Source: Trueperaceae bacterium (GTDB lineage: Bacteria; Deinococcota; Deinococci; Deinococcales; Trueperaceae). Taken from it: a stretch of 64,000 nt of DNA. Location: positions 1-64,000 of the forward strand of contig JBBDRK010000017.1 in assembly GCA_040905465.1 (NCBI GenBank), given 5' to 3'. The translations under genes were made by a program, and so were the position numbers. A model generated the notes under the pieces. The model ran no database searches and was not told the DNA's origin. It saw only the letters and a list, made by a program, of their open reading frames with translations. Each line of letters opens with the position of its first letter. Position 1 is the first letter of the stretch. Shown here piece after piece: positions 9,677 to 19,240 of the stretch.

Positions 9677-10075
9677 TCAGGTAGCGGCGAATGGAGGTTC
9701 GAGATCACGGAACATCGGAAAGTGACGAACGTTGAGGGTGGCTAGGTCGAGTCCTCGTGTTTGCGATGTTGCTGCAATGAGATAGTCGCCAAGGCCGATA
9801 CCGGCGTGGCTTCGCCGGTAATTACGCATCAGCTCACCGGCCCTACGAGCTATGAGCTCAGTCACTGGTTCTGCGCGCAAGGAGCCGAGCAACGCCCATA
9901 CTTCGCGCCGCTCGGGTGACCGCATGCCGCCAGTCAGTTCGGCGACTGTCACGACACTCACGGCAAGCGGACCACCGATACGGGCTTGCTTCAGCCAGTC
10001 GCGGGCCCTTTCTGCGCCTCGGAGATGCGCAATGAGCACGTCGGTATCGACCAGGGTCAAAGGGTTTGCCGCCAC
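9677..10075 (-). CDS. vapC: VapC PIN-domain toxin
   Basis: LVDTDVLI, VAEL, DYLIAAT, LATLNVRHF. Confidence 0.9.
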   Translation of the reverse strand: MAANPLTLVDTDVLIAHLRGAERARDWLKQARIGGPLAVSVVTVAELTGGMRSPERREVWALLGSLRAEPVTELIARRAGELMRNYRRSHAGIGLGDYLIAATSQTRGLDLATLNVRHFPMFRDLEPPFAAT

Positions 10076-10314
10076 ATGCGCGTCAAGTGCTTCTCCCGGT
10101 CGCCGGTTTCTCGCGAAGGGGCATCGACGTGCTCGAGGACGGCGAAGGAGCTCTCGATTGCCGCCAGGTCGCCGGCGAGATCATCGTCTCGTTCGACCAA
10201 TGCCCTGTCCAGAAGGCGCCTTATCAATTCTGCCCGCGACACGCCCTCTTCGGATGCAAGCCGGTCGAGCCTCTCGGTCTGCCGCTCCTCGAGGTAGATA
10301 TTCGTCCGTCGCAT
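10057..10314 (-). CDS. vapB: CopG/RHH antitoxin
   Basis: MRRTNIYL...GVSRAELIRRLLD ribbon-helix-helix. Overlaps vapC. TATGAT lies 7 nt upstream of ATG 10314 (leaderless), with CATACACC direct repeats. Confidence 0.8.
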   Translation of the reverse strand: MRRTNIYLEERQTERLDRLASEEGVSRAELIRRLLDRALVERDDDLAGDLAAIESSFAVLEHVDAPSRETGDREKHLTRMWRQTL

Positions 10315-10535
10315 ACACCGCATCATACACCATCTTCAGCGTCGGGCCCGTCGTTGCTCGTGCGCCAGGAACAGATCCGCCGTCGGTATAGATGTCAGGA
10401 CGCTCGTCAATCGCCTGCTCGAGCGTGGGTTCGAGCTCACAGTTGTTCTTGAATCACAATTTTGCCTCCCTATACTCTGCGAAAAGAGTCAGTGACTAGG
10501 TGACTTGTTCTTCTCTCTCCGAAGAGGGTGTCGTC

Positions 10536-11033
10536 TTGAAGTTCGAGGTGTCAGCTTGGACCGGCCAGCGTTCATCGCTTACCGAAAGCTTGGGCCGGGA
10601 GGTGTTGAGGCTCATAAAGGCGGAGGAACTCGGTCCCGGCGACCGCCTGCCCAGCGTCAAGAAGCTGGCCGAACGGTTCTCCGTCGCCACGCCCACCATG
10701 CGCGAGGCGCTAAGGCTGCTGCAGATGGCCGGCAACATCGACATCCGGCACGGGTCGGGAATCTACGTGCGCGACGGGATCTCCCGGCTTGTCCTCGCCA
10801 ACCCCTATCCCGGCGACCTCGACGTCGACACCATCCTCAACCTGCTCCGCACCCGACTGCTGATAGAGCCGCCGGTGGCCGAACTCTCGGCAATCGCCGG
10901 GACTGAAGGTGCCTTCGACGAGCTCGAGGGGTTGCTCGCCGAAGCCGAGCGCCACCTGGCCGGCGACCAGGTGGCGGACGGCGTCCTCGGGCTGGCGAAC
11001 ATGAAGTTCCACCGGGTGGTCGTTGGCGGCTGA
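10536..11033 (+). pseudogene. FadR/GntR regulator truncated within the FCD domain
   Basis: wHTH (PGDRLPSVKKLAERFSVATPTMREAL). The FCD domain breaks off right after NMKFHR. Confidence 0.7.
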
Positions 11034-11130
11034 GCAGCACACCTTCACCGTGCGCTGCTTCGATGGCAGCGGCGAACCGCAGATCGCCGAGCGAAACCGG
11101 GATGGTCCCAGTGGGCGGGTCGGGGCTAGA
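11017..11130 (+). pseudogene. remnant resembling the C-terminus of a sulfite-oxidase-like molybdoenzyme
   Basis: QHTFTVRCFDGSGEPQIAE resembles the HxxxVRAxDxxGxxQ motif of Mo-co dimerisation domains. Confidence 0.4.
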
Positions 11131-11214
11131 TCTGGAATGGTGCCGCAGACGGGTGCGGAAGCTCTGGTAAGGGCGTCCTGCGCATCGACGCGGGCGGGTC
11201 ACTCTCGCTATCCC

Positions 11215-11805
11215 TCACTCGCCGAATGGGTCGTTCATCGAGATCGACCACACCGCCCGACAAACATCCGAGGTCCGGTTGATCCAACTGTGGTGCAGGA
11301 TGCTGGGGAAGGAGATGGTGTCGAACCTCCTGAGGGGGTAGATTTTGCCGCTGACGGTGAACTCGATCTCACCCTCGATCACGATTCCCTGCTCGAAGCC
11401 CTCATGGGGCTCGTGTGGGATGCGGGTGGAGCCGCGCTCGGCGCCCGCTTCCGCCTCAAACAGGAACAGCTTCTGCTGCCTCGAGTATGGCGAGGCTAGC
11501 ACCGTGAAAGTGACTCCCTCGTAGGAATAGATGCGTTTGTGGTTGTAAGCGACCGGGTCCGGGTTGGGGTCGATCTCGTGGCTGAAGAGGTATGCGACGG
11601 GGACGCCCAGGGCCTCGGAGATCTGCCGCAGTGAGTTGATCGAGGGGTTGCCGTTGCCCGACTCGATCTTGCTGATCATCGCCGTACTGAGTGAAGACAG
11701 CTTGCCCAACTCCTCGAGGGTCATCTGCCGATTCCGGCGAAGGGTGCGGATAGCCTCACCTAGCGAGGAAACACGGTCGACCTCGTTTACTCTGCGTCTT
11801 TGCAT
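11215..11805 (-). CDS. XRE-family HTH + cupin transcriptional regulator
   Basis: MTLEELGKLSSLSTAMISKIESGNGNPS. C-terminal HEGFEQ..EGEI..HSW cupin. Confidence 0.85.
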   Translation of the reverse strand: MQRRRVNEVDRVSSLGEAIRTLRRNRQMTLEELGKLSSLSTAMISKIESGNGNPSINSLRQISEALGVPVAYLFSHEIDPNPDPVAYNHKRIYSYEGVTFTVLASPYSRQQKLFLFEAEAGAERGSTRIPHEPHEGFEQGIVIEGEIEFTVSGKIYPLRRFDTISFPSILHHSWINRTSDVCRAVWSISMNDPFGE

Positions 11806-11818
11806 CGGCCTGATTCTC

Positions 11819-12153
11819 CTAGAAGGCGTAAGGCTCGTACCGTAACCGGTAGAGGAGGAGTTCCTGGATCCGGAAGACCTCTTCCGGGTGCGAGGTGAAG
11901 GCGACAGTGCGAGGCGCCAGGCGCTCTACGCCGGGCACGAGCGTGGCGGCGTCTGCCATGTCGGTACGGAGGAAGTCTACTTCGAACGTCAGCTTCGCGG
12001 GGCCCTCGACCGGTTTCATCTCCCTCAGGCGACCGCCAATCTCATCAGCCGCCGGGCCATCTCGAACTCCGGTTCACCGAGGCGCGGTTGCAAGGGCCCC
12101 ACGACACCTGCCACGCCCTCGATGTCCACCGATATGAAGACCTTGTTGTTCAT
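11819..12153 (-). pseudogene. dppA: M55 D-aminopeptidase (DppA family) with a large internal deletion
   Basis: N-terminus KVFISVDIEGVAGVV...ARRLM is joined out of frame (~12042) to a DppA-like C-terminus EVDF..TDMADAATLVPGVER..RTVAF. The central part is missing. Confidence 0.75.
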
Positions 12154-12220
12154 GTCGTCCTTCCGGATCCTTGTTTGTGCTTCGAGGGGTCGGGTCGAGA
12201 GTGACAAGGCAGGCGGCTGA

Positions 12221-13063
12221 CTAACCCACGCTCCGCGGGTCAAGCAGGTCCCGCAACCAGTCGCCGACGAAGTTGAAGCCCATGACCGTCACCGCGATCG
12301 CCAGGCCCGGGAAGGTCGTGAGCCACCAGGCCAGGTTGATCAGGTTCCGGCCCTCCTGCAGCATCGATCCCCACGACGCGATCTTGGGCGGTACCCCCAG
12401 TCCCAGGAACGAGAGGCCGGACTCGAGCAGAATCACGAATCCCAGTTCGAGAGTGGCCACCACCAGGACAGGACTCATGACGTTGGGCAGCAGATAGCGG
12501 TGCACGATCCGGCTGTCCTTCGCCCCGGAAGCGCGAGCCGCCAGCACGAAGTCGCGTTCTTTGACCTCGAGAGTTTGGGCGAAGGCGATGCGCGTGAACT
12601 GGACCCATCTTATGGCGACGAAGGTGAATATCAGGTTCACGAGGCTCGAGCCCAGGACACTTATTATCACCAGGGCGAAGAGAATGAACGGGATAGCCAG
12701 CATGATGTCGACCAGCCGCATGATGATGTTCTGCACCAACGGGCCGGAGTATCCGGCCACTACGCCCAAGAGCGTCCCCAACACCCCGTAACCGAGGACG
12801 GCGAAGCAGGCGGTTATCAGCGAAATCCGCGAACCGTAGATGATCCGGCTGAGGATGTCGCGGCCGATCTTGTCGGTACCCAGGAGGTGCGCAGTGGAGC
12901 CTCCGTCACTCCATGCCGGCGGTGCCAGGGTATTGAAGAGATCGGTGGCGTTGGGGTCGAACGGGGCCAGCCATGGCGCGAAGAGCGCACAGAGGACGAC
13001 CATGGCCACGATCAGGAGGCCGATTATGCCAGTGGGACCGAGACGGAGTCTCCGAAGCGCCAT
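12221..13063 (-). CDS. dppC: peptide ABC transporter permease (DppC/OppC)
   Basis: HLLGTDKIGRDILSRIIYG, EAA-like loop FVLAARASGA, LSFLGLG. Confidence 0.9.
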   Translation of the reverse strand: MALRRLRLGPTGIIGLLIVAMVVLCALFAPWLAPFDPNATDLFNTLAPPAWSDGGSTAHLLGTDKIGRDILSRIIYGSRISLITACFAVLGYGVLGTLLGVVAGYSGPLVQNIIMRLVDIMLAIPFILFALVIISVLGSSLVNLIFTFVAIRWVQFTRIAFAQTLEVKERDFVLAARASGAKDSRIVHRYLLPNVMSPVLVVATLELGFVILLESGLSFLGLGVPPKIASWGSMLQEGRNLINLAWWLTTFPGLAIAVTVMGFNFVGDWLRDLLDPRSVG

Positions 13064-13071
13064 GGCCTCCC

Positions 13072-13989
13072 CTACTCGAGCTGCACCTGCGGGTTGAGCG
13101 CCGCATACATGACGTCCACCAACAGGTTGATGAAGGAGAAGAGGAAGGCGGCGACGAGTGCGACCGCCTGCACGACAGGGAAGTCCCGGTTGTAGACGGC
13201 GTTGACCGCCAGACGGCCCATCCCCGGCCAGGCGAAGACTACCTCGGTGAGGACCGCGCCACCCAGCAGCCCGCCCAACTGCAGGCCGACCATCGTAACG
13301 ATGGGTATCGCCGCGTTTCTCAGGACATGCTTGTAGAGCACCGACCGCTCACGCACGCCTTTGGCACGTGCCACCCGCACGTAATCCTGGCTGAGTACCT
13401 CGAGGACCGCGGAGCGCGTGAGTCGCGCGATCCGTGCCATCGAGTAGATTGCCAAGGTGCTGGCGGGCAGGACGAGGGCGTTGATCGAGCCCCCGCCCAT
13501 CGACGGGAACCAGCGGAGGTTCACGCTGAACACGAGGATCGCCAGCAGCCCCAGCCAGTAAACGGGCATCGCCTGGCCGACCAGGCTTAATCCCGTCGCA
13601 AGCGTGTCTACCCAGGTGTTGCGGTTCACCGCCGCCAGCACGCCAAGGGGGATGGCCAGCACTACCGCGATGAGGAGCGCCGTGGCCGCGAGGAGCGCGG
13701 TCCTGGGCAGCCGCGCCAGCACCAGGCCCAAGGCAGGTTGCTTGTACTGGAATGACTGCCCGATGTCACCTTGCAGCGCCTGCCCGATGAAGCGGACGTA
13801 CTGCACCGGTAGCGGAGCGTCGAGGCCGAGTTCGTGGCGCAACTGCTGCCTGATGACAGGGGGCGTGTCCAACGGCAGGAGAAGGTTGGTGGGGTCGCCG
13901 GAGAGCCTCTGCAGGAAGAATACGACCGTCATCACTCCGAAGATGACGATAACGACGAGGCCAAGTCGCCGTGCCAGATAGGAGAACAT
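13072..13989 (-). CDS. dppB: peptide ABC transporter permease (DppB/OppB)
   Basis: Start MFSYLARRL at 13989. YVRVARAKG, EVVFAWPGMG, RDFPVVQ. Confidence 0.9.
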   Translation of the reverse strand: MFSYLARRLGLVVIVIFGVMTVVFFLQRLSGDPTNLLLPLDTPPVIRQQLRHELGLDAPLPVQYVRFIGQALQGDIGQSFQYKQPALGLVLARLPRTALLAATALLIAVVLAIPLGVLAAVNRNTWVDTLATGLSLVGQAMPVYWLGLLAILVFSVNLRWFPSMGGGSINALVLPASTLAIYSMARIARLTRSAVLEVLSQDYVRVARAKGVRERSVLYKHVLRNAAIPIVTMVGLQLGGLLGGAVLTEVVFAWPGMGRLAVNAVYNRDFPVVQAVALVAAFLFSFINLLVDVMYAALNPQVQLE

Positions 13990-15395
13990 CAGCCCTTCCC
14001 GAACTCGAAGAGGAAGGAGACCATCGAGCGGTAGAAGGGGCGGAGGTCCTCGAGGTAGATGTATTCGTTGGGTGAGTGCGAGCGGCCGCCGCGGCCGACG
14101 CCGCCGAAGGCGAAGGGTATGCCGACGACCTCGGAGAAGAGGTGGAGGGGGGCGGCTCCGGCGTGGAGTGGGTAAACGACCAGGTCGTCGGTCTGCTCCC
14201 GACACGCTTCGAGGAGGCTCTGCACCACCGCCTGGTCGACGTCCACCTTGGCCGCCGGGTAGGCGGTCTTGACATCCATCTGAACATGTCCGAAGCCCCT
14301 CCTATCGAGGTGCTCGCGGACGAGCCGAACGACCTCCGCCGGGTCCATTCCGGGCGTCGGCCGCAGGTCGAGGTAGGCGCGAGCGCGGTGGGGGATCACC
14401 GTAGGCGGGTCCTCTCCCGGCTCGACCGCGCCCACGTCGATGGCGTCGATGTTCAGGGTCGGGTCGAACATCAGGTGGGTGAGGAGGTCCTCCGGTTCGG
14501 CGTCGTACTTGAAGCGATGGGCACCCAGCTCCTCGAGCCAGGTCTCCCTGTCGAAGCCAAGGGCCAAGTCGGCGATCAACGTCCGGTCGTGCTCGCTGGG
14601 ACCCGCCGAGACCTTGTCGAGCCCGTCTACGCTCAGACGGCCACTCTCTGTCTGAAGGCTGGTGAGTGCCTGAAGCAACTCCCAGGCGGGACTCTGAAGC
14701 CAGGCCGAATGCATGGCATGCACGTCACGTTGCACCGGGCCGCCCCAGTCGCCGCCCTCGACGCTCAGCTCGAGCATTACCAGCCCCTTGAAGCCGAGTC
14801 GGATAATCGTCTGACCCCGGCTGTTGGTGCTGAAATAGGGGATGAAGGCAGCGTTGCAGTCGCGCAGGAAAGCCAGATTCTCCCTGATGAACGGCTCCAG
14901 CGAAGGGCTGCCTATCTCCTCCTCACCCTCTATGAGGAAACGCAGGTTCACTGGCAGCGGCACGCCTGCATCCCGAAACGCCTTGAGGACACCGAGGAAG
15001 CCGACGAGTGGCCCCTTGGAGTTGAACGCGCCTCTTCCGACAATGCGGTGCTGCCCGCTGCCGTCGGGCACGATCTCGGCAGCGAAGGGCGGGACCGACC
15101 ATCCGGGCTCGGCGGCCGGCTGTACGTCATACAGCTCATAGAAGAGGAGCGTCTTCTCTGCTTTCGCTGCGCCAAGGTGACCGTAGATAATGGGCGCGAC
15201 CTGCCCGGGTGAGTGCTCGACCTCTGCGCCCAAGTCCTCGAGATAGCGGCACAGCCAATCGGCCATCTCGGCGAGACCCTCCCCGGTCTTGCTTATCGAG
15301 GGCTGGCGTATGGCCGTCAAAATATCCGCAACATAGGTCGAGAAGCTCACTTCCAGCTGCTCCAGGACCCTTTCCTTGTCGCTTTGCATCCTCAT
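13989..15395 (-). CDS. M20/M25/M40 family metallo-hydrolase
   Basis: YDVQP, GRGAFNSKG, EGEEEIGSP, HSPNE. Confidence 0.85.
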   Translation of the reverse strand: MRMQSDKERVLEQLEVSFSTYVADILTAIRQPSISKTGEGLAEMADWLCRYLEDLGAEVEHSPGQVAPIIYGHLGAAKAEKTLLFYELYDVQPAAEPGWSVPPFAAEIVPDGSGQHRIVGRGAFNSKGPLVGFLGVLKAFRDAGVPLPVNLRFLIEGEEEIGSPSLEPFIRENLAFLRDCNAAFIPYFSTNSRGQTIIRLGFKGLVMLELSVEGGDWGGPVQRDVHAMHSAWLQSPAWELLQALTSLQTESGRLSVDGLDKVSAGPSEHDRTLIADLALGFDRETWLEELGAHRFKYDAEPEDLLTHLMFDPTLNIDAIDVGAVEPGEDPPTVIPHRARAYLDLRPTPGMDPAEVVRLVREHLDRRGFGHVQMDVKTAYPAAKVDVDQAVVQSLLEACREQTDDLVVYPLHAGAAPLHLFSEVVGIPFAFGGVGRGGRSHSPNEYIYLEDLRPFYRSMVSFLFEFGKG

Positions 15396-15408
15396 CCTGA
15401 ATCCGGAA

Positions 15409-15441
15409 GAGGTAGGGGGAAGTCGTGCTACCCCCTACCTC
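15409..15441. terminator. intercistronic stem-loop downstream of the SBP gene
   Basis: Perfect 11-bp stem GAGGTAGGGGG...CCCCCTACCTC. Confidence 0.65.
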
Positions 15442-15466
15442 CGATCGGTGAACGAAACGCTTTGGG

Positions 15467-16987
15467 CTAGTCGGTCGCCATCTCGTAGGCGTTGATAACA
15501 CCATCCGGGCGCGGTTGCCACTGAAGGCTTTCGTTCACGCCGTAGATCGATACCTGGGAGAGCAGGGGTACGCCGGCGGCGTCGTCGATGAGCACTTGCA
15601 TCGCCTCGCCGAGTATCTGCGAGCGCTCCTCGCCCCGGGCCATGTTCGAGCTGGCGAGCAGCTCGTCGACTTCAGGATTGGAATAGGTGGAGAGGAAGCC
15701 CTCGCTGTGGAAGAAGGCATCCAGTTGGGGGTACGGGTCGATCCATACGTTTCCGTGATCGTTCAGGTAGATCGCCGACATGTCCTTGGCCTGCAGGTCT
15801 GCGAACCAGGCCCCCCACTCCTCGGAGGTAACCTCGACGTTGAGTCCGACCTCGCTCAACTGCGAGGCAAGCACCAGCGCGAGGTTCCTGAAGATCGGGT
15901 ATGCCGTTGTGCTGCGGAGTACGATCTCCTGGTCGCCCAGGTCGATCTCCGAGAGGAGCTCACGTGCGCGCTCCGGGTCGTACTCGAACGTGTAGTCGTT
16001 CTCATTTGGCCAGCCTGGAGTAGCCGGGCTCATGTATGAGTTGACCGGCTCGGCGTAGCCCTTGTACAGGCCGGAGACGATCACCTCCGTATTTATGGCG
16101 TGCCCTACCGCCGCGCGGAACTTCTGCTGGTCGGCGGGCGGGACGTCGGTGCCGAAGTTGAGCACCAGCGCACGGGTGCTGGGGGCGGTCTCGACCCGCA
16201 CCTCGTCGATTCCGCTCAGGTAGTCGCCCTGTTCGGGGGAGATGCTCTCGATGAGGTCCGCCTCGCCAGTGACAAGGGCAGAGACGCGAGAAACCTCCTC
16301 CGGAACCACGCGGAAGGTGACGCTCTCGATAGCGGCGGGTTCGCGCCAGTAGTCCGACTTCGCCTCGAGGGCGATGTGATCGTCACGCACCCACTCGACG
16401 AGCTCATACGGCCCGGTGCCTATCGGGTTGAGCGCGAACTGGCTATTGCCGATCTCCTGTACGTACTCGGGCGGCACCGGGTAGAGGAAGGTCAACCGCA
16501 CGGGGAAGAGCGGGTCGACACTGTCGGTGGTGATCCGCAGTGTCAGCTCGTCGACTACCTCGATGCTCGTGAATGTGTTGAACCAGCGAGTGGTGGGTGC
16601 CTGAAGTTCCGGATCAAGGATTCGTTCGAGCGAGAACGCTACGGCCTGAGCGTTCAGCGGCTCGCCGTTGCTGAACATGATGCCGCCCCGCAGGTGCACC
16701 AGCCATTCGGTGTCGCTGACCTGCTCCAGCGACTCGGCCAGCCACGGCTCGAGGCTCATGTCGGGCATTCGCATCACGAGCGGATCGAAGATGTGGAGGA
16801 TCAGATTTCCCGTTCGCGTGTTGTCGCGGAAGGCCGGGTCCAGTGAGGTCGCATCGACCGTCTGTGCGATGACGATCGAGTCCTCGTCGCCCTGCGCCGT
16901 GGCGGCTCCGAGTGCCATCAGGCCGCAAAGCGCCAGGAAGAGGGCGACGGTAAGCGGACCTACAGAGAAGCGCTCCATCTTCAACAT
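15467..16987 (-). CDS. peptide ABC transporter substrate-binding protein (family 5)
   Basis: Signal peptide, SLDP, PWLAES, PIGTGPY. GAGGAGG RBS before MLKMERF. Confidence 0.9.
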   Translation of the reverse strand: MLKMERFSVGPLTVALFLALCGLMALGAATAQGDEDSIVIAQTVDATSLDPAFRDNTRTGNLILHIFDPLVMRMPDMSLEPWLAESLEQVSDTEWLVHLRGGIMFSNGEPLNAQAVAFSLERILDPELQAPTTRWFNTFTSIEVVDELTLRITTDSVDPLFPVRLTFLYPVPPEYVQEIGNSQFALNPIGTGPYELVEWVRDDHIALEAKSDYWREPAAIESVTFRVVPEEVSRVSALVTGEADLIESISPEQGDYLSGIDEVRVETAPSTRALVLNFGTDVPPADQQKFRAAVGHAINTEVIVSGLYKGYAEPVNSYMSPATPGWPNENDYTFEYDPERARELLSEIDLGDQEIVLRSTTAYPIFRNLALVLASQLSEVGLNVEVTSEEWGAWFADLQAKDMSAIYLNDHGNVWIDPYPQLDAFFHSEGFLSTYSNPEVDELLASSNMARGEERSQILGEAMQVLIDDAAGVPLLSQVSIYGVNESLQWQPRPDGVINAYEMATD

Positions 16988-17029
16988 TTCATTCCTCCTC
17001 GGAATTGGTTCGGGTGGTTGCATGATGGT

Positions 17030-17716
17030 CTACTTCGTCCACCTCGCAATCTTCTCGTCGAGACCGAATACCTCTGACACGTTCTTCCCTGATTCGACCT
17101 CCTTTACGCGGTCCAACTCCCCGTGAAGGTGTTCGTCCGCCAGGTCGAGGACCCTCCGCGCGTCGTCTTTCGGCACGGCGATCACGCCATCGCGATCGCC
17201 GAGGATAATATCTCCCGGGCTGATGGGGACGCCGCCGGACTGGATGGGCACGTTGATGGCGCCCGGGCCGGTGGAACCGAAGATCTTGATGCACACGGAG
17301 CGGCTGAAGACGGGCAGGCCAAGGTCCACGATCCCTTGCGAGTCGCGGACGGCGCCGTCTACAACGATTCCGGCAACGCCCCTGCGTTGGAAGAAGTAGG
17401 CGAGTCGCTCGCCGATGACGCAAACGTCCTTGAAGCCGGCCGCGTCGATCACGACGACGTCCCCCGGCTGAACGAAGTCGATCGCCCGCTGCACGTAGAG
17501 GGCGTCCCCCGGCTTGGTCAGCACGGTGAATGCGGGGCCGGCGATTTTCATCTCAGGGGTAAGCGGCTTGATCTCGTGATGCATCACGCCGTAGCCCCCC
17601 ATCGAGTCAGCGACCTTCGCGGTCTCGTGTCGGGCGAGCCTCTCTATCAGCTCCCTTGGCGGCCGGTCGAACTCGGTCCTCTCGCAGCCATGAACGGCGT
17701 GTTTCTCGGTGGTCAT
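17030..17716 (-). CDS. RraA-like / HMG aldolase family protein
   Basis: VADSM, IAGPAFTV, PGDVVVID, VDGAVRD, PGDIILGDRDGV. Confidence 0.85.
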   Translation of the reverse strand: MTTEKHAVHGCERTEFDRPPRELIERLARHETAKVADSMGGYGVMHHEIKPLTPEMKIAGPAFTVLTKPGDALYVQRAIDFVQPGDVVVIDAAGFKDVCVIGERLAYFFQRRGVAGIVVDGAVRDSQGIVDLGLPVFSRSVCIKIFGSTGPGAINVPIQSGGVPISPGDIILGDRDGVIAVPKDDARRVLDLADEHLHGELDRVKEVESGKNVSEVFGLDEKIARWTK

Positions 17717-17769
17717 CGATCCTCCTGGTGCTAGAGTCGGGGGAAAAGCTGAATCCTCGAGTCTGTCTC

Positions 17770-17788
17770 GTTTTACTGACAGTAAAAC
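17770..17788. promoter_or_regulatory. perfect palindromic operator at the promoter of the RraA-peptide ABC operon
   Basis: GTTTTACTG-A-CAGTAAAAC, overlapping a minus-strand TATAGT -10 element (17787-17792). Confidence 0.7.
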
Positions 17789-17847
17789 TATACACCAGAA
17801 GTAGAATGTATGGATTGTTCGCGGTGGGTCGATCCGGACGAGTGAGC

Positions 17848-18468
17848 TTATGAAGTTGGCAGAGGACTTTTGGAGGACGCGCTCGGCCCAAACCGGTTAC
17901 CATCGAGTCGATTGTAGGCGATCGGTAAAGTGGTCACGCGGCGCCGCGAGCCCATTCCCGCTATCTCGGGGTAGTCGACGCTCACCCAGGCCACGCCCTG
18001 GTCGCGCAATGACGCCTCGACCTCGGAGGTGTGCCACTCGGGGTTGCGAAATTCGATGGCCAGCGCCTCGCCTTCGAACCGGCTCACCAGATCGAGCAGG
18101 TAGCGGCTGTGGTCGGGGGTGCGGTGGAACGACCATGAGAACTGCGCCAGGAACGGCCCAAGCACTCGGGCTGCGCGCAGCGACTTGACCGAAGCGCGCA
18201 GCTGGCGGAAGCCGCCCTCGTCGGTGCTGCGTTCATGGGTCATCGAGCGGTGGGCCTTCACGGCGAAGCGCACGCGCCCGTCGCTCTTGCGCACCATTCC
18301 CTCGAACGCCTTCTTGCCGGGAATATTGTAGAAGGAGGTGTTCAGCTCCACGGCATTGAAGTGCGGCGCGTACGCCTCGAGAAATTCCGACGAAGGAGCG
18401 CCTGGCGGGTAGATGATGCCCTTCCAGTCGTAGTTGGTGTAACCGCCGGTACCCATATAGAGTTCCAT
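17848..18468 (-). pseudogene. DUF72 domain protein, probably 3'-truncated
   Basis: MGTGGY..DWKG, AVELNTSFY, LAIEFRNPEW. Similarity is lost after AYNRLDGNR. Confidence 0.7.
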
Positions 18469-18609
18469 CAGCTGGGGTGTCTCCTTCGCCCGGCGTGTGC
18501 TTGTCGGTTCTCACAGTACTTGAGCGCCTGGGCGGAAAGTAGCTGAGGTACGGCGCCGATTCGCCAGATAGTTCGTCGCCTTTGCCGACTGGGTAGGGCT
18601 ACGGCCAAG

Positions 18610-18934
18610 AAGCCGGGTCAGAACGGGTTGTGGATGACGATTCCCGAGTGGTTGCGGCCGTCCTGCATGTCCTCACTAAATATGCGCTCCGCGCCTGCGG
18701 CCAGTGCCGCCTCCACGATCAAAGCGTCCCACAGCGAGAGCATGTCGGTTTCACTTCGCTCGGCGGCCCGCACAATCATCTTGGCGTCGATCTCGGTTGG
18801 CGAGAAGGCGCTGAGCCGGCGCACGACGTCGACCGCGTCGGTTGGGGGAAGGGGGTCGGCCAGCTTTCGAGTCACAGTCACATAGAAGTCCTGGAGCACC
18901 TGGGTGCTCAGCAGGAGAGTGTCAGCAGCTGCGT
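18610..18934 (-). pseudogene. 5'-truncated duplicate of the PIN toxin gene at 52893..53309
   Basis: 325 bp aligning without gaps to 52885..53209, with about 7 mismatches. Confidence 0.9.
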
Positions 18935-19204
18935 TGACCGATTGAGAACACCGTTGGCTTATCAGGCGGCGAACTGCACGTGCTTGGTCGCAAAAGGAGC
19001 TTGCGCGTAAGCTCGGTGTTTTAGAGGCGCAGGTGTCGCGGGATGAAGCGAATGAGTACCACAACGTCCCTACCGAGAAGGCACAGAGGATCCCGGCGCA
19101 AACAGCATTCTTATTTTTTTGCTTTTGCCGACACCCCGAGCAATCTCCGCGCCTCTTCCACAATCCTGTTGGGCAACGGACCAACCGGACGCGCGCAGTC
19201 CACA

Positions 19205-19226
19205 TCCCATATCCCGGGACATGGGA
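19205..19226. promoter_or_regulatory. inverted-repeat operator upstream of the HTH gene
   Basis: TCCCATATCC-CG-GGACATGGGA, followed by an extended -10 (TGcTACTAT) 5 nt before ATG 19241. Confidence 0.55.
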
Positions 19227-19240
19227 TGCTACTATGGCTT

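Noticed and set aside
13990-14205. N-terminal extension of the 377-aa dppB ORF
   Set aside because: It overlaps the M20 gene in another frame. The real start is MFSYL at 13989.
18935-19205. N-terminal part of the 195-aa ORF as a novel PIN fusion
   Set aside because: It is read-through into promoter/non-coding DNA. Only the duplicated part is PIN-like and it lacks the first catalytic Asp.
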